A stretch of DNA of 62,523 nucleotides, the filler included, from an uncultured bacterium (GTDB taxonomy: Bacteria; DAOPZR01), in the NCBI GenBank assembly GCA_964637655.1. It is 5 parts of 5 records of this genome, joined end to end, with 100 filler letters (N's around TTAATTAATTAA, not from the genome) between each part and the next. Parts side by side here need not be neighbours in the genome. Positions count along the whole stretch, not along the records: positions 1 to 12,620 come from CAZWUZ010000095.1; 4 more parts are not named here. One strand, 5' to 3'. Position numbers and translations under genes: made by a program. The notes under the pieces are model-generated. The model saw only the letters and a program-made list of their open reading frames with translations, ran no database searches and was not told the DNA's origin. Positions 1 to 8,858 of the stretch are shown in pieces (the stretch's first letter is position 1; every line of letters begins with the position of its first letter).

Positions 1-1
1 C

Positions 2-1114
2 TTCCCGGAGATGATCGAGCATCCCGGTGTGGACGCCCTCTGCCGCGGCGAAGGGGAACTGCCCGCTCGTGCGTACTTTTCCGCACTCGCTGCCGGCCGC
101 AATCCGTCCGGTGTCGCCGGTCTGTGGATAAAGGCGCCCTCCGGGCGCATCATACGGAATCCCGTGCCGCCGCCCCCCACCGACCTCGACAGCCTGCCAT
201 TCCCTGACTACTCTGCGTTTTCACCTGACCGTTTCTCCGGCGAACAGATTCTGCCGGTGATGCTCGCACGCGGCTGTCCCTTTTCCTGTCCCTACTGCTG
301 CAACCATGCCCTCCGCCGTCTCTATGGCGCGGAGGGCAACGTGGTGCGAAGATATTCCCCCGCCCGCGGCATGGCGCTGATCGAGCATCTGCTCGCCCGC
401 TTTCCCGCCACACGACAGATTGAATTCTTCGATGACGTCTTCACGCTCGACCGGACGTGGCTGGATGATTTTCTCACCCGCTATGCCCGCATCGGGCTAC
501 CCTTCGTCTGCAACTCCCGCTTCGATGTGCTGGACGAGCCGCTGGTCGCCGCCCTGACACACGCCGGCTGCCGCCGTATCAATGTCGCCGTCGAGTGTGG
601 CAGCGAATCGTTGCGACGCACGCTGCTGCTGCGTGAGATCAGCGACGCACAAATTCTCGACGCCGCCCGCATCATACACCGGCATGGCATCGAACTCTTC
701 ACCCACAACATGCTCGGCTTGCCGGGCGAGACAAAAGCCGACATACTGCAGACCATCGAGCTCAACCGCCACCTGCAGACCGACCGGGTACAGGTGAGCA
801 TTTTTACCCCCTATCCCGCCACTGACCTGAACGACTTGTGCCAGCACCGCGGCTGGCTGGATAAAACCCTGCAGCCCGAATCGTTCCAGGATTTCACCGT
901 GCTCCGGCTGCCGACACTCAGCCGGCACGCCATCAACTATTTCTTTCTCGCCTTCCGCACCCTGCTCTACGAAAGCGGCTGGCGGCGACGGCTGAAGCAG
1001 TTGGTGTACTGGCTGGTTGCGTTCAACAATAACCGGCTGTATCGGCGGTGGGGCCGGTGGCAATTCGACCAGCGTCTCGACCGCTTCCTCGACCGCTTGT
1101 TTCCCCGCCGCTGA
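2..1114 (+). CDS. Cobalamin-dependent radical SAM protein (5'-truncated)
   Basis: GEGE end of B12-binding domain, RGCPFSCPYC (CxxxCxxC), FDDVF, NMLGLPGET, FTPYPAT; frame open to the window edge. Confidence 0.85.
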   Translation, partial: FPEMIEHPGVDALCRGEGELPARAYFSALAAGRNPSGVAGLWIKAPSGRIIRNPVPPPPTDLDSLPFPDYSAFSPDRFSGEQILPVMLARGCPFSCPYCCNHALRRLYGAEGNVVRRYSPARGMALIEHLLARFPATRQIEFFDDVFTLDRTWLDDFLTRYARIGLPFVCNSRFDVLDEPLVAALTHAGCRRINVAVECGSESLRRTLLLREISDAQILDAARIIHRHGIELFTHNMLGLPGETKADILQTIELNRHLQTDRVQVSIFTPYPATDLNDLCQHRGWLDKTLQPESFQDFTVLRLPTLSRHAINYFFLAFRTLLYESGWRRRLKQLVYWLVAFNNNRLYRRWGRWQFDQRLDRFLDRLFPRR

Positions 1115-1123
1115 GGCGGCAGT

Positions 1124-2266
1124 TCAGGCCTCTGCCAGCAGCGCCAACCACTGGCGGGCAACCACGTCGGGAGCATAGCGTGCGCGCAGCAACGCCTGTT
1201 GACGTGCGACAACCTGCGCGCGCTTTTTCCGGTCATGCGTGAGCTGCAACATCGCCTGAACGAATGTTTCCCGGTTGTCCGGCGGAACCACTATACCGCC
1301 ATCCCCAAGCGTTTCCTCCACTGCACCGGCAGCAACAGCCACTATGGGAACGCGATAGCGCATTGCTTCCACTATCGGTATACAGAATCCTTCGTGCAGG
1401 CTGGTACTGACCAGCAGGTGGGCGCGACGCAACCAGGCCGTTTTTTCTGTTTCCGACGCCAGCCCGGTAAACATCACGCTCGCACCGAGTCCGCGCGCTG
1501 CCTCCCGACAGGCACATCCATAATCCGCCGGGGTGCCCGGAAACTGCAGCGTGCCGATGAAAACCAGAGTTGCCCGACACCCGACCCGGGCAGCATACTC
1601 GCGAAAGCAGGCGATCGCTTCCAACTGGTTCTTGTGGGCGGCAAACTTTCCCACCGATAGGATAATACTCTCACGAACCGGCATCCGCGGTGCTGCCGGA
1701 AGTTCCCGGGAAGGTTCAGCAAGCAGAATAGGCACTACCGAAATTGGCCGTGACGTCAGCGCCGCCAATGTATCTGCATTGTAGCGTGACACAGCAACGA
1801 GGTTGCTGAACCGTTCGAGAAATGGCCGCAACCGGTCCCCGTCTGCCTCAAGGTCGTCTGCCATGGTCGTCCCCGCCCCGCGGAAGAACCGGCCGGGGGT
1901 GGTGTTGTGGTAGTAAAGCAGCGTCCGGCACGGCAGTAAGGCCAGGCGGTGCAACCACTCCGTATAGCCGGCATACTGGATAATGACCACATCGGTTGCG
2001 GTCAGCCGCTCGAGTTCGGCATGCGCTGCCAGATGCTGTTCCATACCGGGATCCGCATTGAACGCCATAATCCGCACTCTGTACCCGTGCGCCGCGAGCA
2101 TGCGGCCCATGACCAGCGTATGGTTGCCCACTGCATCATGGCGATGCAGCCACTGCAGCAGGATGCAAACCGTGGGCGGCGTCATCTGCCGTCGCCTTAG
2201 CCATGCAGCCAGTGTTTCCCGTATCCCGTTCAACTGCCGGGAAACCGGGTTGCAGTCCGCCGTCAC
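1124..2266 (-). CDS. Glycosyltransferase family 4 (GT-B)
   Basis: DAVGN N-terminal motif, VGKFAAHKNQ, SLHEGFCIPIVEAM (EX7E). Confidence 0.85.
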   Translation of the reverse strand: MTADCNPVSRQLNGIRETLAAWLRRRQMTPPTVCILLQWLHRHDAVGNHTLVMGRMLAAHGYRVRIMAFNADPGMEQHLAAHAELERLTATDVVIIQYAGYTEWLHRLALLPCRTLLYYHNTTPGRFFRGAGTTMADDLEADGDRLRPFLERFSNLVAVSRYNADTLAALTSRPISVVPILLAEPSRELPAAPRMPVRESIILSVGKFAAHKNQLEAIACFREYAARVGCRATLVFIGTLQFPGTPADYGCACREAARGLGASVMFTGLASETEKTAWLRRAHLLVSTSLHEGFCIPIVEAMRYRVPIVAVAAGAVEETLGDGGIVVPPDNRETFVQAMLQLTHDRKKRAQVVARQQALLRARYAPDVVARQWLALLAEA

Positions 2267-3498
2267 GGGTTCATCCCCTCGCGCATGTCAGCAAGTTCCA
2301 GTTGCACGAGAAAATGATGCCGTGCCGGAAATTCGTGACGCGATGTCCATGACCGCCACGCACCGCCCACGGTCATGGCCACTACCGTCAGCACGGCTGC
2401 CACCCTGAGCAGTCTTCCCGCCCTCGTACACCATCTCCCGCGCCGCGTTGTTTCTGCCACAAGATACAATGCTGCAGCCGACACAACCCATAACAACAGT
2501 GAGATGGTGACATAACGCCCGGTCAATGCCTGGGTGATGCCAAACCCGGTCCGCCCGAGCGCCGTCAGCGCGCCACTTCCCACAGCATACGCCGCAAGTG
2601 ACACCAGAGGCAGCACTACCGATAGCGGCACCTGGCGGCGGTACAGCACCCACAGCGCCGCTGACAACACAATGATTCCGCACGCGCCGGCAAGCATGGC
2701 GGCGCTACCGTTGCTAACCGGTGAGCCAAGGTAGGTGAACAGGTAGCTGGCGAAACCTGCCGGGTTTTCGTCAGGAAAGACCGGCGACGGATGATGTGCC
2801 GGGCGGAAATATCCGGTGAGATATACCGTGATAACCGCACTACCACAAAGCGCCCAGCCGGCCGTGTAGGCAAGACGCCGACGGTGCAGCACCAGCAGTT
2901 GCAGTGTGCCCAGTAGCCAGAGCAGCAGCCCGTTGGCAAAAGTCCCGCTGGCGACAACCGCCATTGCCAGTGCAGCAAGGAAACCGGGAAAATGTAGTTT
3001 CGGCACAGCCAGCAGACTGAGTGCTGCCACAACACAGCACACATTGAGATAGATGACCATGTTCATCCCGAACAGCCAGTTTTCGCATTGTGCCAGCGAA
3101 AAGTGGAGAACAGCAAGCGTTGGCAACAGCCAGCAGGGTTGGCAGATGTGCAGTTGCCTTCGCATCCGGGCGAGCAGGGCCAGGACAAGGGCAAAGGTTG
3201 CGCACGCAAAGCCATAGTTCAACAGCAGTTCGTAATTCACATTCCAGCCGGTGATCCGTCCCAGCGCCAGCAGCAGTATCCGGGGAAAGAGTATGCGATG
3301 CTCATTGTGTTGTTGCCACAGTTCTTCCCAGGTGAGGGTGTCGGCATACATTGCAGCAAAGAGCGGCTCCATGGCAATCTGGTCAGCAGCACGCATGTTG
3401 TAGCAGTATGTATGCATACGCCAGGCCAGATCACCGGCAAGCCATACGACAAAAAGCGCGATTGACGCGCGAATCAGCCGGTTCCCGGTCAGGCGCAT
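2263..3498 (-). CDS. Multi-pass membrane protein of glycan locus (GT-C-like)
   Basis: About 10 hydrophobic segments; HNEHRILFPR loop and TGRY motif; GTGA overlap with the GT4 gene. Confidence 0.6.
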   Translation of the reverse strand: MRLTGNRLIRASIALFVVWLAGDLAWRMHTYCYNMRAADQIAMEPLFAAMYADTLTWEELWQQHNEHRILFPRILLLALGRITGWNVNYELLLNYGFACATFALVLALLARMRRQLHICQPCWLLPTLAVLHFSLAQCENWLFGMNMVIYLNVCCVVAALSLLAVPKLHFPGFLAALAMAVVASGTFANGLLLWLLGTLQLLVLHRRRLAYTAGWALCGSAVITVYLTGYFRPAHHPSPVFPDENPAGFASYLFTYLGSPVSNGSAAMLAGACGIIVLSAALWVLYRRQVPLSVVLPLVSLAAYAVGSGALTALGRTGFGITQALTGRYVTISLLLWVVSAAALYLVAETTRRGRWCTRAGRLLRVAAVLTVVAMTVGGAWRSWTSRHEFPARHHFLVQLELADMREGMNP

Positions 3499-3520
3499 GG
3501 TCTACCTGTCATCGCCGCGT

Positions 3521-4036
3521 TCACAGCGGCCGGTCGTCAGGCAGGCGCAGCAGTGACCTGAGCCATCCAGTCAGTAATGCCAGACGGTCACCGCGTGCAG
3601 TGTTCCGGTAGCAATCACCAGTCCGGCTGAGATACCCGCCATACTCAAGATGGCGCAACCTCCCCTCCAGGTAGGCCTCCGCATCATACGCACGGCGTAA
3701 CTCGTCACGCGACAAAGAGCGGTGCGGTGAGCGCCTGATGTGCAGCGGCAGACGGGCGGACAGCGAGCGGTCCGCAACGAAGTAAAGCGAACAATAGCCG
3801 CCGAACAGCAGCGCCAGCAGAAACAGCCCGAGTGTGCCGTACGCAACCGTGGGCGGCGTCACCGGGAATTCCGGCAGCAGCAGGAACAACATCAGGTATA
3901 CCGGCAGCGTTGCCGCAAAGATACGTTTGATCGTCCGGAACCGCTCGCGCACACAGCAACAGCGGAACACCACAACATGCACAATGAAAAAAAGAAACAG
4001 ACTCAAGATAACGGCAGACAACATACGGATAAGCAT
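3521..4036 (-). CDS. Hypothetical membrane protein, 3 TM plus small C-terminal helical (wHTH-like) domain
   Basis: AAGGAG RBS; three hydrophobic stretches, then DRSLSARL...RLRHL...Y..T.RG. Confidence 0.55.
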   Translation of the reverse strand: MLIRMLSAVILSLFLFFIVHVVVFRCCCVRERFRTIKRIFAATLPVYLMLFLLLPEFPVTPPTVAYGTLGLFLLALLFGGYCSLYFVADRSLSARLPLHIRRSPHRSLSRDELRRAYDAEAYLEGRLRHLEYGGYLSRTGDCYRNTARGDRLALLTGWLRSLLRLPDDRPL

Positions 4037-4147
4037 ACAGTGCTCCTTGTCAATAGATCGCGGCGGGGCACCGTCGCGTCAACACAATGATGGGTCGAGA
4101 GCGTCCTGATGACACCAGCCACCTGCTAAAACTCACCGGCTACGTGT

Positions 4148-5062
4148 TCAGCACCTGCTCCTGATCGCCGTCGCCACCTGCGCCGGCAGCAGGCCGCAGT
4201 GATGCAGCAGTTCGTCATGCGTGCCGAAACGCAGGCAATACGCGTCCGGCAGTCCGAACCGGTGCAGCGGCGGCCCTCCTTGTTCCGCGAGAATTTCAGC
4301 CACCGCCCCGCCCAGCCCGCCGGTGACGCTATGTTCCTCATACGTGAAGAGCCGGCGGCAGCCGGACGCAACAGCAGCCACCGCTTCCCGGTCAAGCGGT
4401 TTGACCGTGTGCATATTCACCACACCAATAGATATACCATCATCCGCGAGCACGTCACTGACCTGCAGCGCATAACCGACACAGCGTCCGGTTGCCAGCA
4501 GCGTGGCATCTTTGCCCGAGCGCAAGATCTTTGCCCGTCCGGAGACATACGGCATGGTGTCATTTTCCGGCAACGCCGGTTCCCCTGCCAGTCCAAGACG
4601 CAGGTAGGCAGTCCGTGGTTGCTGCAGCAGGCTGGCGGCTGCCTGCCGGGTCTCCGCCGGCGTAGCGGGAACTATGACCTCCATCCCCGGCAGCGCGCGC
4701 ATGATGGCGATGTCCTCAATTGCGTGGTGCGTCGGGCCAAGGGTACTGTAGGCAAGACCGCCACCTACCCCCACTACTGTCACCGGCAGTTGCTGTATAC
4801 ACAGGTCAACCCTGATCTGCTCGATACAGCGCAGGGTGACAAACGGCACGATGGTATAGACAAACGGCCGCCGACCGGCCATGGCCAGTCCGGCCGCCAC
4901 CCCGATCATGTTGGCCTCGCTCACCCCGGCATTGAGATACTGGTCCGGATGTTCCGCGCGGAAGCGGTCGAAAACAATCGCCCCGATATCAGCGGAGATC
5001 AGCACCACGCGCGGGTCACGCGGCGCCAGTTCCAGGAAGGTGTTGATAAATGCGTTTCTCAT
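4148..5062 (-). CDS. Transketolase, C-terminal subunit
   Basis: MRNAF start overlapping upstream stop (ATGA); NAGVSEANMIGVAAGLA, GPTHHAIED, EEHSVTGGLG. Confidence 0.9.
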   Translation of the reverse strand: MRNAFINTFLELAPRDPRVVLISADIGAIVFDRFRAEHPDQYLNAGVSEANMIGVAAGLAMAGRRPFVYTIVPFVTLRCIEQIRVDLCIQQLPVTVVGVGGGLAYSTLGPTHHAIEDIAIMRALPGMEVIVPATPAETRQAAASLLQQPRTAYLRLGLAGEPALPENDTMPYVSGRAKILRSGKDATLLATGRCVGYALQVSDVLADDGISIGVVNMHTVKPLDREAVAAVASGCRRLFTYEEHSVTGGLGGAVAEILAEQGGPPLHRFGLPDAYCLRFGTHDELLHHCGLLPAQVATAIRSRC

Positions 5063-5874
5063 GTCCGTTCCAATTCCCGACAGGCCCGCGCATACTCTTC
5101 CGCGTTCGGACAACGATAATGCCACAACGGAGCGTTTTCCATGTACGACACGCCCTTGCCTTTGACAGTATGTGCAACAATAACCGTCGGGCGGTCAACC
5201 GCGCGCTGCGCCAGCGCTGCCTGCAGGGCAGAACAATCATGGCCATCGCACTCAACCGCATACCAGCCGAACGCACGCCATTTATCCGCCAGCGGCGCCA
5301 GTCCGGCAACCTCTGCCAGTGGCTGTATTGCCTGCAGGCGGTTATGGTCGATAACCGCCAGCAGATTGTGCAGTCGGTGCTGGGCAGCAAACAGCGCCGC
5401 TTCCCACACGCTTCCCTCCTGACATTCGCCATCGCCGAGCAGCACCGCCGTGCGCCACGCCGCTCCATCACGCTGCGCCGCCCATGCCAGGCCGCAACCA
5501 AGCGATAGGCCATGACCAAGCGATCCGGTCGTCGCTTCAATTCCGTGCTTCGGTGCATATTCCGGATGGCCGCCAAGCATGCCATCCGCACGGCCGATGC
5601 GTTTCAGTTCCACTGCCGGCAGCAAGCCGAGATCGGCGAGCACGCAGAACAGCGTGAGGCAGCTATGCCCCTTGCTGAGAATGAAGCGGTCCCGGTCAGG
5701 CCAGAGCGGCTCCTGCGGGCGCAGGCGCAGCCATGCATGGTAGAGGACCGTGACAATTTCCACCGACGATAACGCCCCGCCAATATGCCCGCCGCCGTTG
5801 TGATAGACCGTGTCAAGTACCTGCTGGCGCAATGCCGCGGCCTGCCGGGTTAGTGCCACCGTCGATTCGCTCAT
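5059..5874 (-). CDS. Transketolase, N-terminal (TPP-binding) subunit
   Basis: GHIGGALS, DRFILSKGH, TGSLGHGL, GDGECQEGSVWEA...N TPP motif, TVKGKG. Confidence 0.9.
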   Translation of the reverse strand: MSESTVALTRQAAALRQQVLDTVYHNGGGHIGGALSSVEIVTVLYHAWLRLRPQEPLWPDRDRFILSKGHSCLTLFCVLADLGLLPAVELKRIGRADGMLGGHPEYAPKHGIEATTGSLGHGLSLGCGLAWAAQRDGAAWRTAVLLGDGECQEGSVWEAALFAAQHRLHNLLAVIDHNRLQAIQPLAEVAGLAPLADKWRAFGWYAVECDGHDCSALQAALAQRAVDRPTVIVAHTVKGKGVSYMENAPLWHYRCPNAEEYARACRELERT

Positions 5875-5881
5875 TGACGCC

Positions 5882-6955
5882 TCACAGGAATTCCAGGTGT
5901 GCCGGACGCTCGTACAGGTACTGCCACAGGAATGCATTGAGGTAGTCCTGCCGGCACGCCGTCCCGCAACGGGTGTGGACGTCGAACGTCGTCGCCAGTT
6001 CGCGCACGACTTGCCAGTACTGCTCGCTGTGCAGGATGTCGGCAAACGACTGGCGGATGATGTTGCCCATCAGGTAGCCGTCCTTGGGAAAGAGAAACCC
6101 GCACGGCTTGACGTCACCATTGCCGGAAATCTGCAGCAGGAAGGGAATTCCCAGGCAGCGGTCGTAGGCCTTCTGTCCCAGCGCCATGATCTTCTTCCAC
6201 TTGACAATGACCTGATATGCAGGCGTTGACAACGCTTCCGCCTCGCGCAACACCGGTTCGTAGCTCGGGTACTCCTTGAGGGGGATACCGAGTTCGTGGT
6301 CCTCGCTGTCCGAGCAGTGCTTGACCACAAAATAATCCACTCCCAGTTCCGCCCCGAGGCGCGCCAGCGGCAGCACCTGGTCGTCACATTCGGGGATAAG
6401 CACCATCTGCAGCCCTATGGTCACCGGCAGACGCGCCGCCCGTTTCGCCGCCACCGTGGCGCGGACATTCTCCACCACGCGCGCAAAATCGCCGTTGCGT
6501 CCCTGATGGATGCTCCGGTATGCGGTTTCGTCGGCCGCGCTGATGTTGAAGCGCAGATAGGAGAGCGTGCGCAGCAGTTCGGGCAGGCGCGCGCGGTCGA
6601 GCAGTACGCCATTGGTTCCCATGGCGAGGGCCAGGCCGGCCGCGCTGCCGGCGGCGGCCGCGTCGTATACAGCGGGATTGACCAGCGGTTCGCCGTCGCC
6701 GATCATCGCCACACTGCGCACCCCCACGGCTGCCGCATCAGCCATGAACCGCAGCAATGCCTCGCGCGGAATGGTCGAATTGTCGAGTTTCTGGACTTTG
6801 CCATAGCAATAGCGGCAACGCAGGTTGCACCCCTTGCTGAGCCCCATATCGATATGAATCGGGGCAATCCGTTCCCCGCGTCGCCACGCCGCCAGGCGGT
6901 CAAGATGCCAGAGCAACTTGTGCCCGTCGAGCGCCAGGCGTAGCGACTGCGTCAC
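5882..6955 (-). CDS. Radical SAM protein with SPASM/twitch-like C-terminal cysteines
   Basis: CNLRCRYC; GEPL; C-terminal C...GDVKPC...GNI...CGTAC; GTG start with AGGAG RBS. Confidence 0.88.
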   Translation of the reverse strand: MTQSLRLALDGHKLLWHLDRLAAWRRGERIAPIHIDMGLSKGCNLRCRYCYGKVQKLDNSTIPREALLRFMADAAAVGVRSVAMIGDGEPLVNPAVYDAAAAGSAAGLALAMGTNGVLLDRARLPELLRTLSYLRFNISAADETAYRSIHQGRNGDFARVVENVRATVAAKRAARLPVTIGLQMVLIPECDDQVLPLARLGAELGVDYFVVKHCSDSEDHELGIPLKEYPSYEPVLREAEALSTPAYQVIVKWKKIMALGQKAYDRCLGIPFLLQISGNGDVKPCGFLFPKDGYLMGNIIRQSFADILHSEQYWQVVRELATTFDVHTRCGTACRQDYLNAFLWQYLYERPAHLEFL

Positions 6956-7695
6956 ACAGTTTCTCCTGCCTGCCGCCGGCGCCGCAGTCCGCACCAGTCC
7001 GCACCGTGAATGACACGCACTAAGCGCAGGTAATCCGTTGCTACCTGCAGCAATGACCGCAGGGAAAGTGCCTTTGACGTTCCGTCGCGGCGTGGCGTGA
7101 GATGCACCGGTACTTCGCAGTGGATCCCATGCTGCCGGCGGATAGCGGTAATCAGCGCCTCGGTCTGGAAAAAGAACCCATCGGAGCGCAGGTCCATGCC
7201 GGCCAGCAGCCGGCGGCGGTAGATAACGTTGCCGTTGGTATAGTTCAGGTGCATGCCGAACGTGAGGTTGATGAGTACCAGAAAAGTCGAAGAAAGCAGG
7301 CGGCGGCCGAACGAGCGCACCCCGCGGTTGACCGCAAACGGCACAATAATGTCGACATGCTCGAGCATCGGCAGGTAGCGGACCAGATCAGCCGGGTCGT
7401 TCTCGCCGTCAGTCGGGAACCAGGTAATCGCTTCCCGGGTGGCGAGGGCCAGCACCTCGCGGAAACTACCGCCGATGCCGTGCGGCCGTTCGTGTTCCAG
7501 CACCCGGACCTGCGGGTGGCGTACCGCCAGTTCGCGCAGCCGCGCGCGCGTTCCGTCGCTGCTGCCATCGTCAACGAGGAACAGCTCCGCATCGACACCC
7601 GCCCGGACCAGCGCAGCCAGGACCTGTTCCGTGACCGCGGCCACGGTCTTTTCCTCGTTGAGCGCCGGCAGCATCACCGTCAGGGAAGGTAGCAT
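6952..7695 (-). CDS. Glycosyltransferase family 2 (polyprenol-phosphate sugar synthase-like)
   Basis: PALNEE, VDDGSSDGT, FFQTE, R..G.SK. Confidence 0.85.
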   Translation of the reverse strand: MLPSLTVMLPALNEEKTVAAVTEQVLAALVRAGVDAELFLVDDGSSDGTRARLRELAVRHPQVRVLEHERPHGIGGSFREVLALATREAITWFPTDGENDPADLVRYLPMLEHVDIIVPFAVNRGVRSFGRRLLSSTFLVLINLTFGMHLNYTNGNVIYRRRLLAGMDLRSDGFFFQTEALITAIRRQHGIHCEVPVHLTPRRDGTSKALSLRSLLQVATDYLRLVRVIHGADWCGLRRRRQAGETV

Positions 7696-7703
7696 GCCTG
7701 CAC

Positions 7704-8774
7704 CTATATAAAGTTCGCGTGCGGCCCGGGATGCTGCAGTTCCCAAAGGTAGCGGTTGATTTCATCGAGGCGGCAGCCGGGCGGGCAGCCATCGAGGCAC
7801 CCGGCGCGGTAGCGGACAATGTTGCGGCGCCGTTCACCCATCCAGAGCGAGCGGAAATCGGTGTTATAGATGTTGCCGTAGCATGACGCCTGTTCGCCCG
7901 AATGAGGTGCGCAGGTGTACACCCCGCCATCGGAGTGAAGCAGGGCGAAGAAATTTATCCCGTGGCACCCGCCGTAAGAGCGGGTGCCGCTGATCACCTT
8001 GCCAATGGCATGCGCCCTGAACTGCACGCGGTAGGTGGCGGTCGACAACGCCTCAAGCGGCGCAGCCAGCGTCAGCAACGGGCGGTAATCGATGTCGCAG
8101 TAGGCCGTGTTGCCGCTGTTGAGATTGCGGTTGAACGGCTTGATGACAAAATAGTCAATCCCGGTATCGCGCAGCCGCGTTGCCATTTCCACCATTTCAT
8201 CGGCATTTTCCGGCAGCAGCACCGCCTGCACCCCGATAGTGGCACCGCCACCGGCCGCGCGCCGTGCCGTCACCAGCGCCGCAATATTCTGCAGGACCTG
8301 CGGGAGGTGGTCGGTGGGGCAGCCGTGCACCCGGCAGTATGTTTCCGGGTGGATGGCATTTAGCGAGATTTTGATCCAGGTCAGGTGACGTACCAGCAGG
8401 GCCGCCAGCGTTTCCGGCATGACCGTCCCGTTGGTCGCCACCGCGCAATCGATGCCGCGCGCTGCACAGCGTTCCACCACTGCGGCTATCCCCTCATACA
8501 ACATTGGTTCGCCCTCACCGGCAAGGCAGACGCTCCGTACCCCCGCCGCCCCCAGTTCGTCGATCAGTTGCAGCAGCCGCGGCAGTTCCAAGTCACACGC
8601 GCGTTCCTGCCGGTATTCGAGGGCGCAGAACCGGCAGCGAAGATTGCAGCGATTGGTCAGGCTGATCTCCACATAGAGGGGAAACGTCGGGCAGCCCGTC
8701 AGGTAGTCCGCCACCCGCTGCGGATGCAGGTGAAGTTTATGCGCATCAAGGCGCGTCCGGTCAGCCATGTCCAT
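7704..8774 (-). CDS. Radical SAM protein with SPASM/twitch-like domain (paralog of 5882-6955)
   Basis: CNLRCRFC; GEGEP; GGVYTC...YGNI...CPPGC. Confidence 0.88.
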   Translation of the reverse strand: MDMADRTRLDAHKLHLHPQRVADYLTGCPTFPLYVEISLTNRCNLRCRFCALEYRQERACDLELPRLLQLIDELGAAGVRSVCLAGEGEPMLYEGIAAVVERCAARGIDCAVATNGTVMPETLAALLVRHLTWIKISLNAIHPETYCRVHGCPTDHLPQVLQNIAALVTARRAAGGGATIGVQAVLLPENADEMVEMATRLRDTGIDYFVIKPFNRNLNSGNTAYCDIDYRPLLTLAAPLEALSTATYRVQFRAHAIGKVISGTRSYGGCHGINFFALLHSDGGVYTCAPHSGEQASCYGNIYNTDFRSLWMGERRRNIVRYRAGCLDGCPPGCRLDEINRYLWELQHPGPHANFI

Positions 8775-8858
8775 ACACCACACCGCCTACAGCGTGCGCC
8801 CGGACACCCCGGTCAGGAGAACACCACTGGCATCCCGATACCCTTTCCATGGCCCGTA

